Positions 13,017 to 20,529 of a stretch of 25,968 bases of DNA are shown one piece after another. The translations under genes and the position numbers were made by a program. This DNA is from a virus (taxonomy: Duplodnaviria; Heunggongvirae; Uroviricota; Caudoviricetes). Location of the stretch: IMG/VR virus record IMGVR_UViG_2541047695_000005, positions 1 through 25,968 of that record; one strand, written 5' to 3'. Under the pieces are notes generated by a model that did no database searches, was not told where the DNA came from, and saw nothing but the letters and a program-made list of their open reading frames with translations. Position 1 is the first letter of the stretch. Every line of letters begins with the position of its first letter.

Positions 13017-13165
13017 ACCCCGTCTCCCGTTATCCGGAAGCTGACAACAATAAAAAAGCCACCAGTTAACTACTGATGGCTCTGATAACTCATGCAAGCG
13101 TCTCAGACGACCCACTGACACTACCGGTGAGTTTAACGATACCTTCCATTTGACTGGCTCACTTT

Positions 13166-13327
13166 TTATGATGATGCCGGTGCATTTATCTCCAGCGCCA
13201 GACTTTCTATCTCAACGCCATACGTTGCATTTTTGGTAATATCCGTCAGCGTCAGTGCATTTAGTCCCACTGCCAGACTGTCTTTAATGGCCTGGAATGC
13301 CGGGCCAGTACGATGACGTAGTATCAC
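13166..13327 (-). CDS. hypothetical small protein (53 aa), GTG start coupled to the upstream stop
   Basis: My hand translation gives GTG overlapping the TGA of the upstream gene (GTGA) and an open frame to TAA; it is below the track's 60-aa cut-off and unverified. Confidence 0.2.
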   Translation of the reverse strand: MILRHRTGPAFQAIKDSLAVGLNALTLTDITKNATYGVEIESLALEINAPASS

Positions 13328-13512
13328 TCCGGCTCAGTTGCACCACTGACCACCACATCACCTTCTGCTGCAATCGCCTGCATCAGGGTATAAGGGGTTA
13401 TGGCCACCGGACTACCAAACGGCTGCCAGCCCTCTTTCAGTTTATGTGTCAGCTTTTCCGCAAGATCTGACGGCGGCGCCGCCCTGACAACATCATAGTG
13501 TTTAAATGCCAT
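13324..13512 (-). CDS. small conserved phage protein (DUF1737-like) upstream of the holin
   Basis: ATG at residue 5 of the track ORF with GGAAAG RBS; MAFKHYDVVRAAPPSDLAEKLTHKLKEGWQPFGSPVAITPYTLMQAIAAEG fits the short GWQP.G family commonly found just upstream of lambdoid holins. Confidence 0.5.
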   Translation of the reverse strand: MAFKHYDVVRAAPPSDLAEKLTHKLKEGWQPFGSPVAITPYTLMQAIAAEGDVVVSGATEPE

Positions 13513-13772
13513 GGTTCTTTCCACTATCTGAAAAATAATTCTTTAAAATACCTGACATGTAATACAGAAAAAACACAAAACTATACCTTAAATAAAAACC
13601 TGATTATCAAGCAGATATGCATGGATAAACTACAAGACGAGATATAAACCACCCTGCATTTAAATAAACAATAAACAACATCAGAAAAATAATTCTGCTC
13701 TATGGTTTACATTCAAAAATATCATTTATACTTTTCAGGACATCACCAGCAAGGCATAAACAAGGAAACCAA

Positions 13773-14108
13773 ATGAAGTGGATTGTGATTGATACAGTTA
13801 TCCAGCCATCATGCGGAATATCTTTTTCAGTCATATGGAGTAAAATAAAATTAATAATCTGGTATCAATCGGATGCTTTCTTACCTCCTGAAAGTATATT
13901 TACACTGACTCACACAGGCATCATGCTCAATAACAAAGTGCTACCTGTAACCATTTACAACGTAGTACCATTCAATAAAACATTCTGGAATTTAATCAAA
14001 AACAGCCAGGAATGCCCTACAAATACAGATAACGTATTGAATGAATGCTTTAATAACCGTTGCACTCTGCAAATATGTCCTTATGGACTAAAACAACAAA
14101 GTCCATAA
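13773..14108 (+). CDS. hypothetical Cys-rich 111-aa protein (moron, own promoter)
   Basis: ATG preceded by AAGGAA at about 7 nt; upstream TTTACA-15 nt-TATACT promoter-like motif at about 13706-13732; very AT-rich; C-terminal Cys pattern [26 protein letters not shown]; a hairpin (CAGCCCCTC-CGGA-GAGGGGCTG) about 35 nt downstream. Confidence 0.4.
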   Translation: MKWIVIDTVIQPSCGISFSVIWSKIKLIIWYQSDAFLPPESIFTLTHTGIMLNNKVLPVTIYNVVPFNKTFWNLIKNSQECPTNTDNVLNECFNNRCTLQICPYGLKQQSP

Positions 14109-14555
14109 GGAGTTTACTCACATCTGACAAAATCAATATAAACAGCCCCTCCGGAGAGGGGCTGGAGAGTGGCGCTATGTGCCATTGCATGGTGCCGGGT
14201 GCCTCCCGGTGAATTCAGTACCAGCACCTGAATCCGCGATTATCCCATATACCTACTCGCTGATTGCCCCTCCGCACAGGGGGATTCACCATGCCAGTTT
14301 CTTTTAACAAACTCCCCGCAAACCAGACAACAGTCAACCGCCTGAATTGTGAAGTATTTAAAAATTTCTCCCGCTAACTGATACCCGGCTAACAGTCTGG
14401 CGTTTTCTTTTTCAGCAACGGAAAAGCAACAACCACCACACCTGCCACCAGCACACCGTCAGCCAGCACTGACATTATCCGGCTGCTGCAATGCCATTCA
14501 CAAAAACAGTAAGCAATCACTTTTTACCGTAACAGGTGATAATCCAGATATGTAT

Positions 14556-14909
14556 CTACCCCAGATGAGTAATCCGAAGTTCATCCATACCACAGGTCCT
14601 GGCTATTCTGTTGTACTCCTGAACAAGAGCAAATAATTCTGAATTAGCAACCATGAACTCATCGCTAACCCTCTGTATAGCATCACTATTCAGAATAATA
14701 ACGTCTCTTCCCGAAAGACGATCAGGAGTACAAAACAAAACTGTCAAACGGCTGAAGGCCTTTGCTCGTGCTGCATTGACTATATCAATACGCTGCCTAA
14801 GGATGAAACACCCCGACGCCTCATCAATATTCACTCTACCCACACCATATGAATGATAAATATTTAATGCTGAAAAAACCATTAGACGGTATAACAAACA
14901 CTCAATCAA
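14556..14909 (-). CDS. hypothetical ORF (possible gene remnant)
   Basis: 117-aa track ORF with TTG start and no convincing RBS; the region has mixed composition. Reported at low confidence only. Confidence 0.2.
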   Translation of the reverse strand: MIECLLYRLMVFSALNIYHSYGVGRVNIDEASGCFILRQRIDIVNAARAKAFSRLTVLFCTPDRLSGRDVIILNSDAIQRVSDEFMVANSELFALVQEYNRIARTCGMDELRITHLG

Positions 14910-15019
14910 TACTTAACAGAACTTTTATTTTTGACAAACATATAATATTTTCAACAAGATCCTGAGCCAAGTATATTTCAGTATAAGGCTCTGCCGGAAG
15001 GAATCTGGAAGAATGAATA

Positions 15020-15095
15020 TGGCGCGCTGTACTGGATTTGAACCAGCGACCTGGCGATTATGAGTCGCTCGCTCTCACCACTGAGCTAAAGGACC
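15020..15095 (-). tRNA. tRNA-like gene, anticodon CAT (Ile2/Met-type), acceptor stem unpaired - probable pseudo-tRNA
   Basis: The minus strand aligns arm by arm with the E. coli tRNA-Ile2 cloverleaf (D-arm GCTC-AGTGGTGA-GAGC, anticodon loop CTCATAA, T-arm GCTGG-TTCAAAT-CCAGT, encoded CCA), but the 5' acceptor GGTCCTT cannot pair with the 3' ACAGCGC. Confidence 0.5.
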
Positions 15096-15130
15096 GGGAG
15101 CAGAATAATAACGGTCCGTAATTAATTCCG

Positions 15131-15158
15131 CAATAAAAAACCCGCTCGGCGGCGGGTT
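15131..15158 (-). terminator. tR'-like intrinsic terminator downstream of Q
   Basis: Minus strand: AACCCGC-CGCCGA-GCGGGTT followed by TTTTTATTG. Confidence 0.5.
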
Positions 15159-15197
15159 GTAGAAACTCTTCTAACGTCAGGCATAAAACGCCCATCG

Positions 15198-15233
15198 TTA
15201 TGACGAATTTACCACAGATTCCGGAAAAATCAA
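15198..15233 (-). promoter_or_regulatory. pR'-like late promoter (putative Q-utilisation region)
   Basis: Minus strand TTGATT, 16-nt spacer, TGgTAAATT (extended -10) beginning immediately after the Q stop; about 60 nt upstream of the terminator, resembling lambdoid pR'/tR' units. Confidence 0.45.
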
Positions 15234-15238
15234 CCTTG

Positions 15239-16060
15239 TTACCTAGTTACCTTTTTTAACTGCCGCTCAGCCCATGCTTCTTCAATATCAAACCGGGTCA
15301 CCAGCGCATCATAGAATTTCTTAACTGTTTTTTCCCATGACGCGCGTGTTATCTGGTTTGTCACCTCGCATATAGCATTAAATGCCTCCGTTGATGGTAG
15401 CCTTTCATAGCCACGACCACCACAACGCTGGCAGTCTCTGATAACAGGCATACCACGTTTTACCGACTCTTCACGATGAATGGCGACACCACGCCCACGG
15501 CAATCCTTACAGGCGGTGGAAACCTCACCCTTCCCGCCACACTCCGGACAGGCAACTTTTACCACCTCCCTGACTTTTTTCCATTCTTCCCAGTAAGACG
15601 GATACACACCTTTCGTACACTTTGCCCATACCGGCGGCTTACCATCCGGATACTGGACCTTGTTTGTAAAAACTACGCTTTCAATAAATTTTTCCCCATA
15701 GCAACAAGGGCACAGCTTTTTACTCGCTGCGCTGCGGGCATAATCCTCAAAAGCGCACGAAGCCATAATGCGCATCACTACCGGTTTTATTTCTGCCGGA
15801 AGTTTTCTCAACGCCGCCACACGATCGCACCGACTGAGTGCATAATCTGCCAGTAATTCTGTTGCCCGCGCCCTGTCATTCATACTGATGCCCATCTTCC
15901 CCAGGAACGCAGAAAACCCCATCTCAGCCCGATTCTGTGTCATGCCCTGCGCGGCCATCACATCAGTGATACTCAGCGCATCTTTTGACGTTGAGGCCGA
16001 TGCATCGGTCAGGCAAGGGGATTTTGGGGAGTAGTATTTCGGTAAATCTTCCAGTTTCAT
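15239..16060 (-). CDS. Q: late antiterminator Q (QuuQ/phage-82-like family)
   Basis: 273-aa ORF; N-terminus (..PKYYSPKSPCLTDASASTSKD.LSITDVMAAQGM..) and Cys-x-x-Cys-Gly-x-Gly repeats (CPECGGKG, CKDCRGRG, CQRCGGRG) resemble Qin-type Q as I recall it; it sits directly upstream of the pR'/tR'-like unit and downstream of rusA. Confidence 0.65.
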   Translation of the reverse strand: MKLEDLPKYYSPKSPCLTDASASTSKDALSITDVMAAQGMTQNRAEMGFSAFLGKMGISMNDRARATELLADYALSRCDRVAALRKLPAEIKPVVMRIMASCAFEDYARSAASKKLCPCCYGEKFIESVVFTNKVQYPDGKPPVWAKCTKGVYPSYWEEWKKVREVVKVACPECGGKGEVSTACKDCRGRGVAIHREESVKRGMPVIRDCQRCGGRGYERLPSTEAFNAICEVTNQITRASWEKTVKKFYDALVTRFDIEEAWAERQLKKVTR

Positions 16061-16431
16061 TTTTTGACCTGCTCTTCATGCATTATGGGGTAAATCTTCA
16101 CCCCCAGACGTCCACCAGATACTGGCTGACCACGAACGATATTGATTTCATCAAACTGCTCATCGTCCATTAACACTCCCGCATGCGTCAGCGCATCCAG
16201 CGGTGCTTTCAGGATATTGTCCAGGTCGCGACGACGCTTATCCGGTGGCTCTGCAATCACCTTTATCGCCAGCCTTCCGGACAGGCTTAATTTCAGCCGC
16301 TGCTGGCGAACAATAAGCGCCACAGCACGGCGATAACGCTTTCCCTCCTCCGAGATAAAATATGTGCTGCCACGGCGTCGCCAGTAAGTGTTCACCGTCG
16401 GCGGGTAAGGTAAAACCAAATCTATGAGCAT
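16057..16431 (-). CDS. rusA: Holliday junction resolvase RusA
   Basis: 124-aa ORF with the RusA pattern (LPYPPTVNTYWRRRG...PDKRRRDLDNILKAPLDALTHAGVLMDDEQ...SGGRLGVKI); stop overlaps the Q start. Confidence 0.85.
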   Translation of the reverse strand: MLIDLVLPYPPTVNTYWRRRGSTYFISEEGKRYRRAVALIVRQQRLKLSLSGRLAIKVIAEPPDKRRRDLDNILKAPLDALTHAGVLMDDEQFDEINIVRGQPVSGGRLGVKIYPIMHEEQVKK

Positions 16432-16443
16432 CAGTCACCTCTT

Positions 16444-17493
16444 TTACCCAAGCACGCCAGTTGCAAAGGCGTGATCAAGAAAACGAAAAATTAAATCAAC
16501 CTGAGAACCATGCTTTTCTTCGAACGCCAGCGGATCCGCATGAAGCTCGTTGTGATGCTCCCGACACAGCGGTAGCGTGAAAATATCGTGAGATTTTGTC
16601 CCCATTCCGCCCTGACCATGACCAATCAGGTGATGGGGATCGTCGGCTGGCTTACCACAACACGCACACGGCTGTGTCTTCACCCAGCGTGTGTATTTCT
16701 CGTTAACCCAGCGGCGACGTTTAGGTCGTTTCATGAAAGATTCCGGAGACTCAGGATCAACGGCAATGCTGACCACCGTCTTTTCCTGTGGTGGGTTCTG
16801 TTGCTGGTGGGCGTGAGGCAGCGGCGCAAGATTTTTTGTGCGCTGTTTCAGTATGCTGGTGGCGGTCTGCTCTCCCGGTACGATGTCGCTTTCACGGTAC
16901 ATTGAGCGGATTTTTTCCGCACGCAACCCCAGCGAACGACGTAATACCGCTTCCGGTAGCGCGTCCGCCACCTGATTGCGGACCGCCCACCAGGATAATT
17001 CAGCCAGAGATAATTCACGCTCCTGCGTACCGCTTATTGCGTGACCGATGACGTCAATCATCCATGCTGACAGGTTTTGATGAGCAAGTTGCTCGAGTGA
17101 TTCGGATGTCTGGTCACGCAGCTGGTTGTCGCAGTGCCAGCACAACACCATTGCGCCGGTACCATAACGGTGAATGACGGTTTCGCTGTGATGATAATCG
17201 CCGTGTGGCCACTGGCAGGATTTAATATGGCGCAACAGCCAGTCAGACAATGCACCAGCACCACCAGCAGCACGAATCACCCGTGCGTTACTGAAAAACG
17301 GCAGCAATGTTTTGTCTTCCACCAGCGGCTGGCGAGCGGCAGGAACGACCCCGGACGGCAGATTACGCATGCTTTTCGGTTCCGGCTCCACCAGTAACCG
17401 GGTATTGTGGAATACCGGCATGGATTCACGGCCCGGCTTAACGATCACCAGCCCGAGTTCCGGTACCAGAACAGGTCGAAGTAATACCCGCAC
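16444..17493 (-). CDS. DUF968 family protein (YdfU-like) with C-terminal HNH-like Cys/His motif
   Basis: 349-aa ORF; the C-terminus CACCGKPADDPHHLIGHGQGGMGTKSHDIFTLPLCREHHNELH is an HNH/zinc-finger-like signature; length and position next to Q resemble Qin YdfU. Confidence 0.6.
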   Translation of the reverse strand: MRVLLRPVLVPELGLVIVKPGRESMPVFHNTRLLVEPEPKSMRNLPSGVVPAARQPLVEDKTLLPFFSNARVIRAAGGAGALSDWLLRHIKSCQWPHGDYHHSETVIHRYGTGAMVLCWHCDNQLRDQTSESLEQLAHQNLSAWMIDVIGHAISGTQERELSLAELSWWAVRNQVADALPEAVLRRSLGLRAEKIRSMYRESDIVPGEQTATSILKQRTKNLAPLPHAHQQQNPPQEKTVVSIAVDPESPESFMKRPKRRRWVNEKYTRWVKTQPCACCGKPADDPHHLIGHGQGGMGTKSHDIFTLPLCREHHNELHADPLAFEEKHGSQVDLIFRFLDHAFATGVLG

Positions 17494-17494
17494 G

Positions 17495-17773
17495 TTACCT
17501 CCAGATGCGTTGCTGGAATGTGTGGGACGGACGCGGCGGGCGTTCGGAGTAAGGCAATCTGACTGAGATTATCCAGTGACGGTAGTCGAGGCTAAGGGCT
17601 TTTTTAACCTCGTATCCGCGCCTGCGGTAACACTGAATTATCCATTCAGCCTGCTCTTCAGTGCATGGTGGATGCTGGAACCAGTCCGATTTGAATGCAT
17701 GAAAACGCCGTCCGCACCTGCTGGCAAAGACGGCAGAATCATCAGAATTGTGTAATTTGGTATCGTGCGCCAT
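17495..17773 (-). CDS. hypothetical protein (start uncertain; track ORF extends to 17884)
   Basis: Open frame ending 1 nt before the DUF968 start; an internal ATG (residue 38) gives 92 aa. The upstream extension runs into an AT-rich spacer. No family recognised. Confidence 0.35.
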   Translation of the reverse strand: MAHDTKLHNSDDSAVFASRCGRRFHAFKSDWFQHPPCTEEQAEWIIQCYRRRGYEVKKALSLDYRHWIISVRLPYSERPPRPSHTFQQRIWR

Positions 17774-18134
17774 CGGTTGTCTCTGCTGGCGCAGCAGGTG
17801 CCAGTTGTTCAGGCTGGCGTATAAAGTATAAATAAACTGGTTCCAGTGTAAAGCCCCTACATTAATGGAATAAAAGTCAAACAACAGATTGTTGGGATAA
17901 ACACAACGCTTATTATTAAAAGCGATTAGATAAATTAAATTTTAATGTTATGCAATTTTACCAGATCACCATAACATCTCGTTTGAAACCACCGAAACAA
18001 CAACCATATCAATATTGATTATGTTAAAGTGAGTAAATATGGAAAACAACAAATCTGCACATTACGCTCCTTTTTTATCTGTGATACTTTTTGTTTTATG
18101 CTGTGTGTGGGCATTATTTTTATAAAAATATTTA

Positions 18135-18163
18135 CAGATAAAATAAACCCGCCGAAGCGGGTT
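18135..18163 (-). terminator. intrinsic terminator of the hok transcript
   Basis: Minus strand AACCCGC-TTCG-GCGGGTT followed by TATTTTATCTG; a second perfect hairpin (GGCGAGGGA-GAAA-TCCCTCGCC) lies just 3' of the hok stop at about 18203-18224. Confidence 0.55.
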
Positions 18164-18231
18164 AAGTGCGGGTGCATTGAGGATGCCTGACACATCAGAG
18201 GTGGCGAGGGATTTCTCCCTCGCCAAGTCTC

Positions 18232-18387
18232 TTACTCCTCAGGTTCGTAGACTGTGAAGACAGCGACCTCCGTCTGGCCGGTTCGGATTCGTACCTCGCA
18301 GAGGTCTTTCCTCGTTACCAGTGCCGTCACTATGACGGTTAAACAGATGACGATCAGGGCGATTAACATCGCCTTTTGCTGCTTCAT
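18232..18387 (-). CDS. hok: Hok/Gef family type I toxin
   Basis: In-frame ATG at residue 20 of the track ORF gives MKQQKAMLIALIVICLTVIVTALVTRKDLCEVRIRTGQTEVAVFTVYEPEE (51 aa), near-identical to E. coli HokD as I recall it. Confidence 0.85.
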   Translation of the reverse strand: MKQQKAMLIALIVICLTVIVTALVTRKDLCEVRIRTGQTEVAVFTVYEPEE

Positions 18388-18444
18388 AGCCTGCTTCTCC
18401 TTGCCTTTCGGCACGTAAGAGGCTAACCTAGATTTGCCGTTCAT
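18232..18444 (-). CDS. mok: mok-like N-terminally extended frame (70 codons) overlapping hok
   Basis: The same frame extended upstream by 19 codons; 70 codons equals the classical mok length in hok/mok/sok loci. Confidence 0.5.
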   Translation of the reverse strand: MNGKSRLASYVPKGKEKQAMKQQKAMLIALIVICLTVIVTALVTRKDLCEVRIRTGQTEVAVFTVYEPEE

Positions 18445-18500
18445 AGATTGAGCCTCAGATTAATGTTAAGCGTCTTGCAGGACGCGTAATGTTAACTGGG
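18430..18500 (+). ncRNA. sok: putative Sok-like antisense RNA (bounds approximate)
   Basis: Plus-strand TTGCCT-17 nt-TAACCT at about 18401-18429 would start a transcript antisense to the mok start region; a GCGTC-TTGCAG-GACGC hairpin lies at about 18471-18487. Inferred from hok/sok architecture, not verified. Confidence 0.3.
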
Positions 18501-18562
18501 GCTTTTCTCTATCTGCCTTTGGTGTTCATGCCTGAGACAGATAGCCTCAAGCACCCGCAGCC

Positions 18563-18591
18563 ATTCTACTTAACTCCCGTTACCTCGCCAA
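18563..18591 (-). promoter_or_regulatory. putative hok mRNA promoter
   Basis: Minus strand TTGGCG-17 nt-TAGAAT about 110 nt upstream of the mok start; the predicted transcript to the terminator is about 420 nt. Confidence 0.4.
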
Positions 18592-18991
18592 TATGAAATC
18601 AGTCAGAAAGGCGATCCATAAGAACAACAGCAAGGCAATAAATTGCCATTACAGCAGCAATAGCCAGCGCACATTTGAGAACCAGCACCACAACCTCCTG
18701 TATTGGACGTACACCAGTCCTGATAAATATGAGGCTGTCTCGTCAGTGATTCAATACAACTATTGGGTATAGTTTCTGTGATTTTGTTCTGTAGAAATGG
18801 AACATAATAACCTGTCACCACCAGCACTTCTTTAAATACGCCAAGTCCGACGCAAGCTAACCTTCTAGCCCGCTTTGAGCGAAGAACGGACTGAGTAATT
18901 CAGGCCGTTAGCGACACTATGACATCATTAGCAACCAACTAGGAGTTGGTAATAGATGAGTTAATTAATTGATTAAAAACCGACGATTTTA

Positions 18992-19019
18992 CTAGATTAC
19001 GGGAAGAAGAAAGGCCGCT
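18992..19019 (-). terminator. intrinsic terminator after the 65-aa gene
   Basis: Minus strand AGGCCG-TACCAG-CGGCCT followed by TTCTTCTTCC. Confidence 0.35.
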
Positions 19020-19054
19020 GGTACGGCCTCCCAGAGACTAGTCTATTGTTATGC

Positions 19055-19252
19055 TTAGAAACGCTTTTCTATCTCTTTTTCTCTTTCGTTTATTGCATCG
19101 TCAATGATTTTTTTTGCTGAATTAATTTGTGGTGTTTTTTCTGGTAATACATCTTCAAGATCTTTGGCAATTTTCTTTAATTTATCGATTTCTTTAGTTA
19201 AATCAGTTACAGATTTATCCGCTATTGACTTTGTCATTTTTCCATATTCCAT
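19055..19252 (-). CDS. hypothetical small coiled-coil protein
   Basis: 65-aa ORF, Lys/Glu/Asp-rich helical composition (KEIDKLKKIAKDLEDVL...), AT-rich, followed by its own hairpin terminator; no family recognised. Confidence 0.35.
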   Translation of the reverse strand: MEYGKMTKSIADKSVTDLTKEIDKLKKIAKDLEDVLPEKTPQINSAKKIIDDAINEREKEIEKRF

Positions 19253-19425
19253 TCAATTTATTTATCAATCAGTTACCCGTAAACCTTATCATGGATTCCA
19301 ATTATCGACAGCTGGGATTTTTACTTTCTTGATCTGCCCCAGGCGAATGACATATCCCCATTAACCAATGTCCGCTCCTAGCACTTAGTAGACATTAATA
19401 GATTGTAAGCGTTCCCGTCATGTAG

Positions 19426-19806
19426 CGGTCACCGATTGGTGATGAATTGAAGCGGATCATTGATGAAAGTCGCAATAACGTGGCCAGCCCATTTATCGTT
19501 CACCAGATCCCGGAACGGCAGGTTAAACGCAGCAAAGAAGTTTCTCATCCCACTCAAGTTGCACCAGACTATTTGAGTCGGTCGTTTTCAGCTACGCGTG
19601 ACAAGCTGGGTTTATATGACAAACGGCCGATGGATGAAAGGCCAACCTTTCACGAAATTCGCGCCTTAGCAGCACATCTTTTTGATCAGCAGGGCATCGA
19701 TCCACAAGGACGAATGGCACACAGCGATGCGAAATCAACTAAAATCTACACGCAAAACCATATCGACTGGGTTGTAGTTCCACATGGAGAAATTAAAGCC
19801 AGCTAG
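19426..19806 (+). pseudogene. tyrosine integrase, C-terminal catalytic fragment only (truncated)
   Basis: The open frame starts right after an in-frame stop, with no N-terminal domains; it contains the integrase box-II-like segment RPTFHEIRALAAHLFDQQGIDPQGRMAHSDAKSTKIYTQ (H-x-x-R ... H ... Y). Confidence 0.6.
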
Positions 19807-19899
19807 CACCAAGTAAGGCATAGAATTTTATTAACCAAGGAGCATATGACCAGTAATTAATTCTTACCGGAAAGTTAGCCCTGCTAAAATTAATATTAA

Positions 19900-19936
19900 C
19901 AAATAAAAAAATAGGGGCAAATATTTATATTTGCCC
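19900..19936 (-). terminator. intrinsic terminator immediately downstream of the two-gene nucleotidyltransferase/2TM operon
   Basis: Perfect 10-bp inverted repeat GGGCAAATAT/ATATTTGCCC about 12 nt after the stop codon, followed on the minus strand by a long U-tract (TATTTTTTTTATTTG). Confidence 0.5.
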
Positions 19937-19947
19937 TCGCAACATAT

Positions 19948-20529
19948 TTATCTTCTTTTCAGTTCCTTGGGAAGAAAAGCATCTATTTCTTCTTCAGAAA
20001 ATGTTAAATCTTCTTTGTTTTTTAATGCGTCCTGTGCTTTTTTATAAGCTTCAAATGTTGTACTAGGAGAGCCTGAATACACTGAATGTAAACTCTCGAG
20101 TAACGAATCCCGCTCTGACTGCAATTGCTCGATTGGTTTTTCACCCATTGCTAAGTCTGTAAGCAATGATAAATACTTTTCTCGGATTAACCAGATCTCA
20201 TTTGCAGCCTGCTTATGTTTTTGCGCCAACTCACCAAGGTCATAATCTTTGGTATAAGCGTTAAGAATGAGAAGCAGTGTTGATACAACAATCCCAACCC
20301 CCGTGCCTACTTCACCCGCGCCGAAAAAAGTTGCTAGAAAGCCTCCAGTAGTTAAGGCGGAGAGAATTATTTGCCAAAACTTTATAGAAGATAGTCGAGA
20401 TAGGAGAATGTCTGAGCATTTTTCATGCGTCTTATGTGAGTAAACGACCCGACCATAACACTCTCTGATCTGCCCTTCTAAAACCCTTCTAGATTCAGGT
20501 GTATCCTTAGTCTGGAAATGTTGATCCAT
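19948..20529 (-). CDS. SLATT-like two-transmembrane-helix effector protein (putative)
   Basis: ATG at residue 20 of the track ORF with GGGAG RBS, overlapping the upstream gene by 23 nt; 193 aa with a soluble N-terminus, two adjacent TM helices (WQIILSALTTGGFLATFFGAG and GVGIVVSTLLLILNAYT) and a helical C-terminal half, the SLATT architecture. Confidence 0.55.
   Translation of the reverse strand: MDQHFQTKDTPESRRVLEGQIRECYGRVVYSHKTHEKCSDILLSRLSSIKFWQIILSALTTGGFLATFFGAGEVGTGVGIVVSTLLLILNAYTKDYDLGELAQKHKQAANEIWLIREKYLSLLTDLAMGEKPIEQLQSERDSLLESLHSVYSGSPSTTFEAYKKAQDALKNKEDLTFSEEEIDAFLPKELKRR

Noticed and set aside
14556-14909. 117-aa ORF as a confident gene
   Set aside because: TTG start, no RBS, no recognisable domain; kept only as a low-confidence feature and possible pseudogene remnant.
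13525-15020. Shiga-toxin or other known toxin genes in the Q-to-holin slot
   Set aside because: None of the ORFs resembles StxA/StxB (no matching signal peptides or conserved motifs); the cargo here is unrecognised rather than a known toxin.
15020-15095. Functional tRNA-Ile2/Met gene
   Set aside because: D, anticodon and T arms are canonical, but the acceptor stem strands (GGTCCTT vs ACAGCGC) do not pair in my reading, so I call it tRNA-like or pseudo rather than functional; needs software confirmation.
18232-18600. relBE toxin-antitoxin genes upstream of hok, as in K-12 Qin
   Set aside because: No ORF resembling RelE or RelB is present in the 18450-19050 interval on either strand; the hok locus here stands alone.
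18603-18827. 74-aa Cys-rich minus-strand ORF upstream of the hok locus
   Set aside because: Cys/Gly-rich low-complexity translation (CCCNGNLLPCCC), no RBS, and it lies in what is more likely the hok promoter/leader flank.
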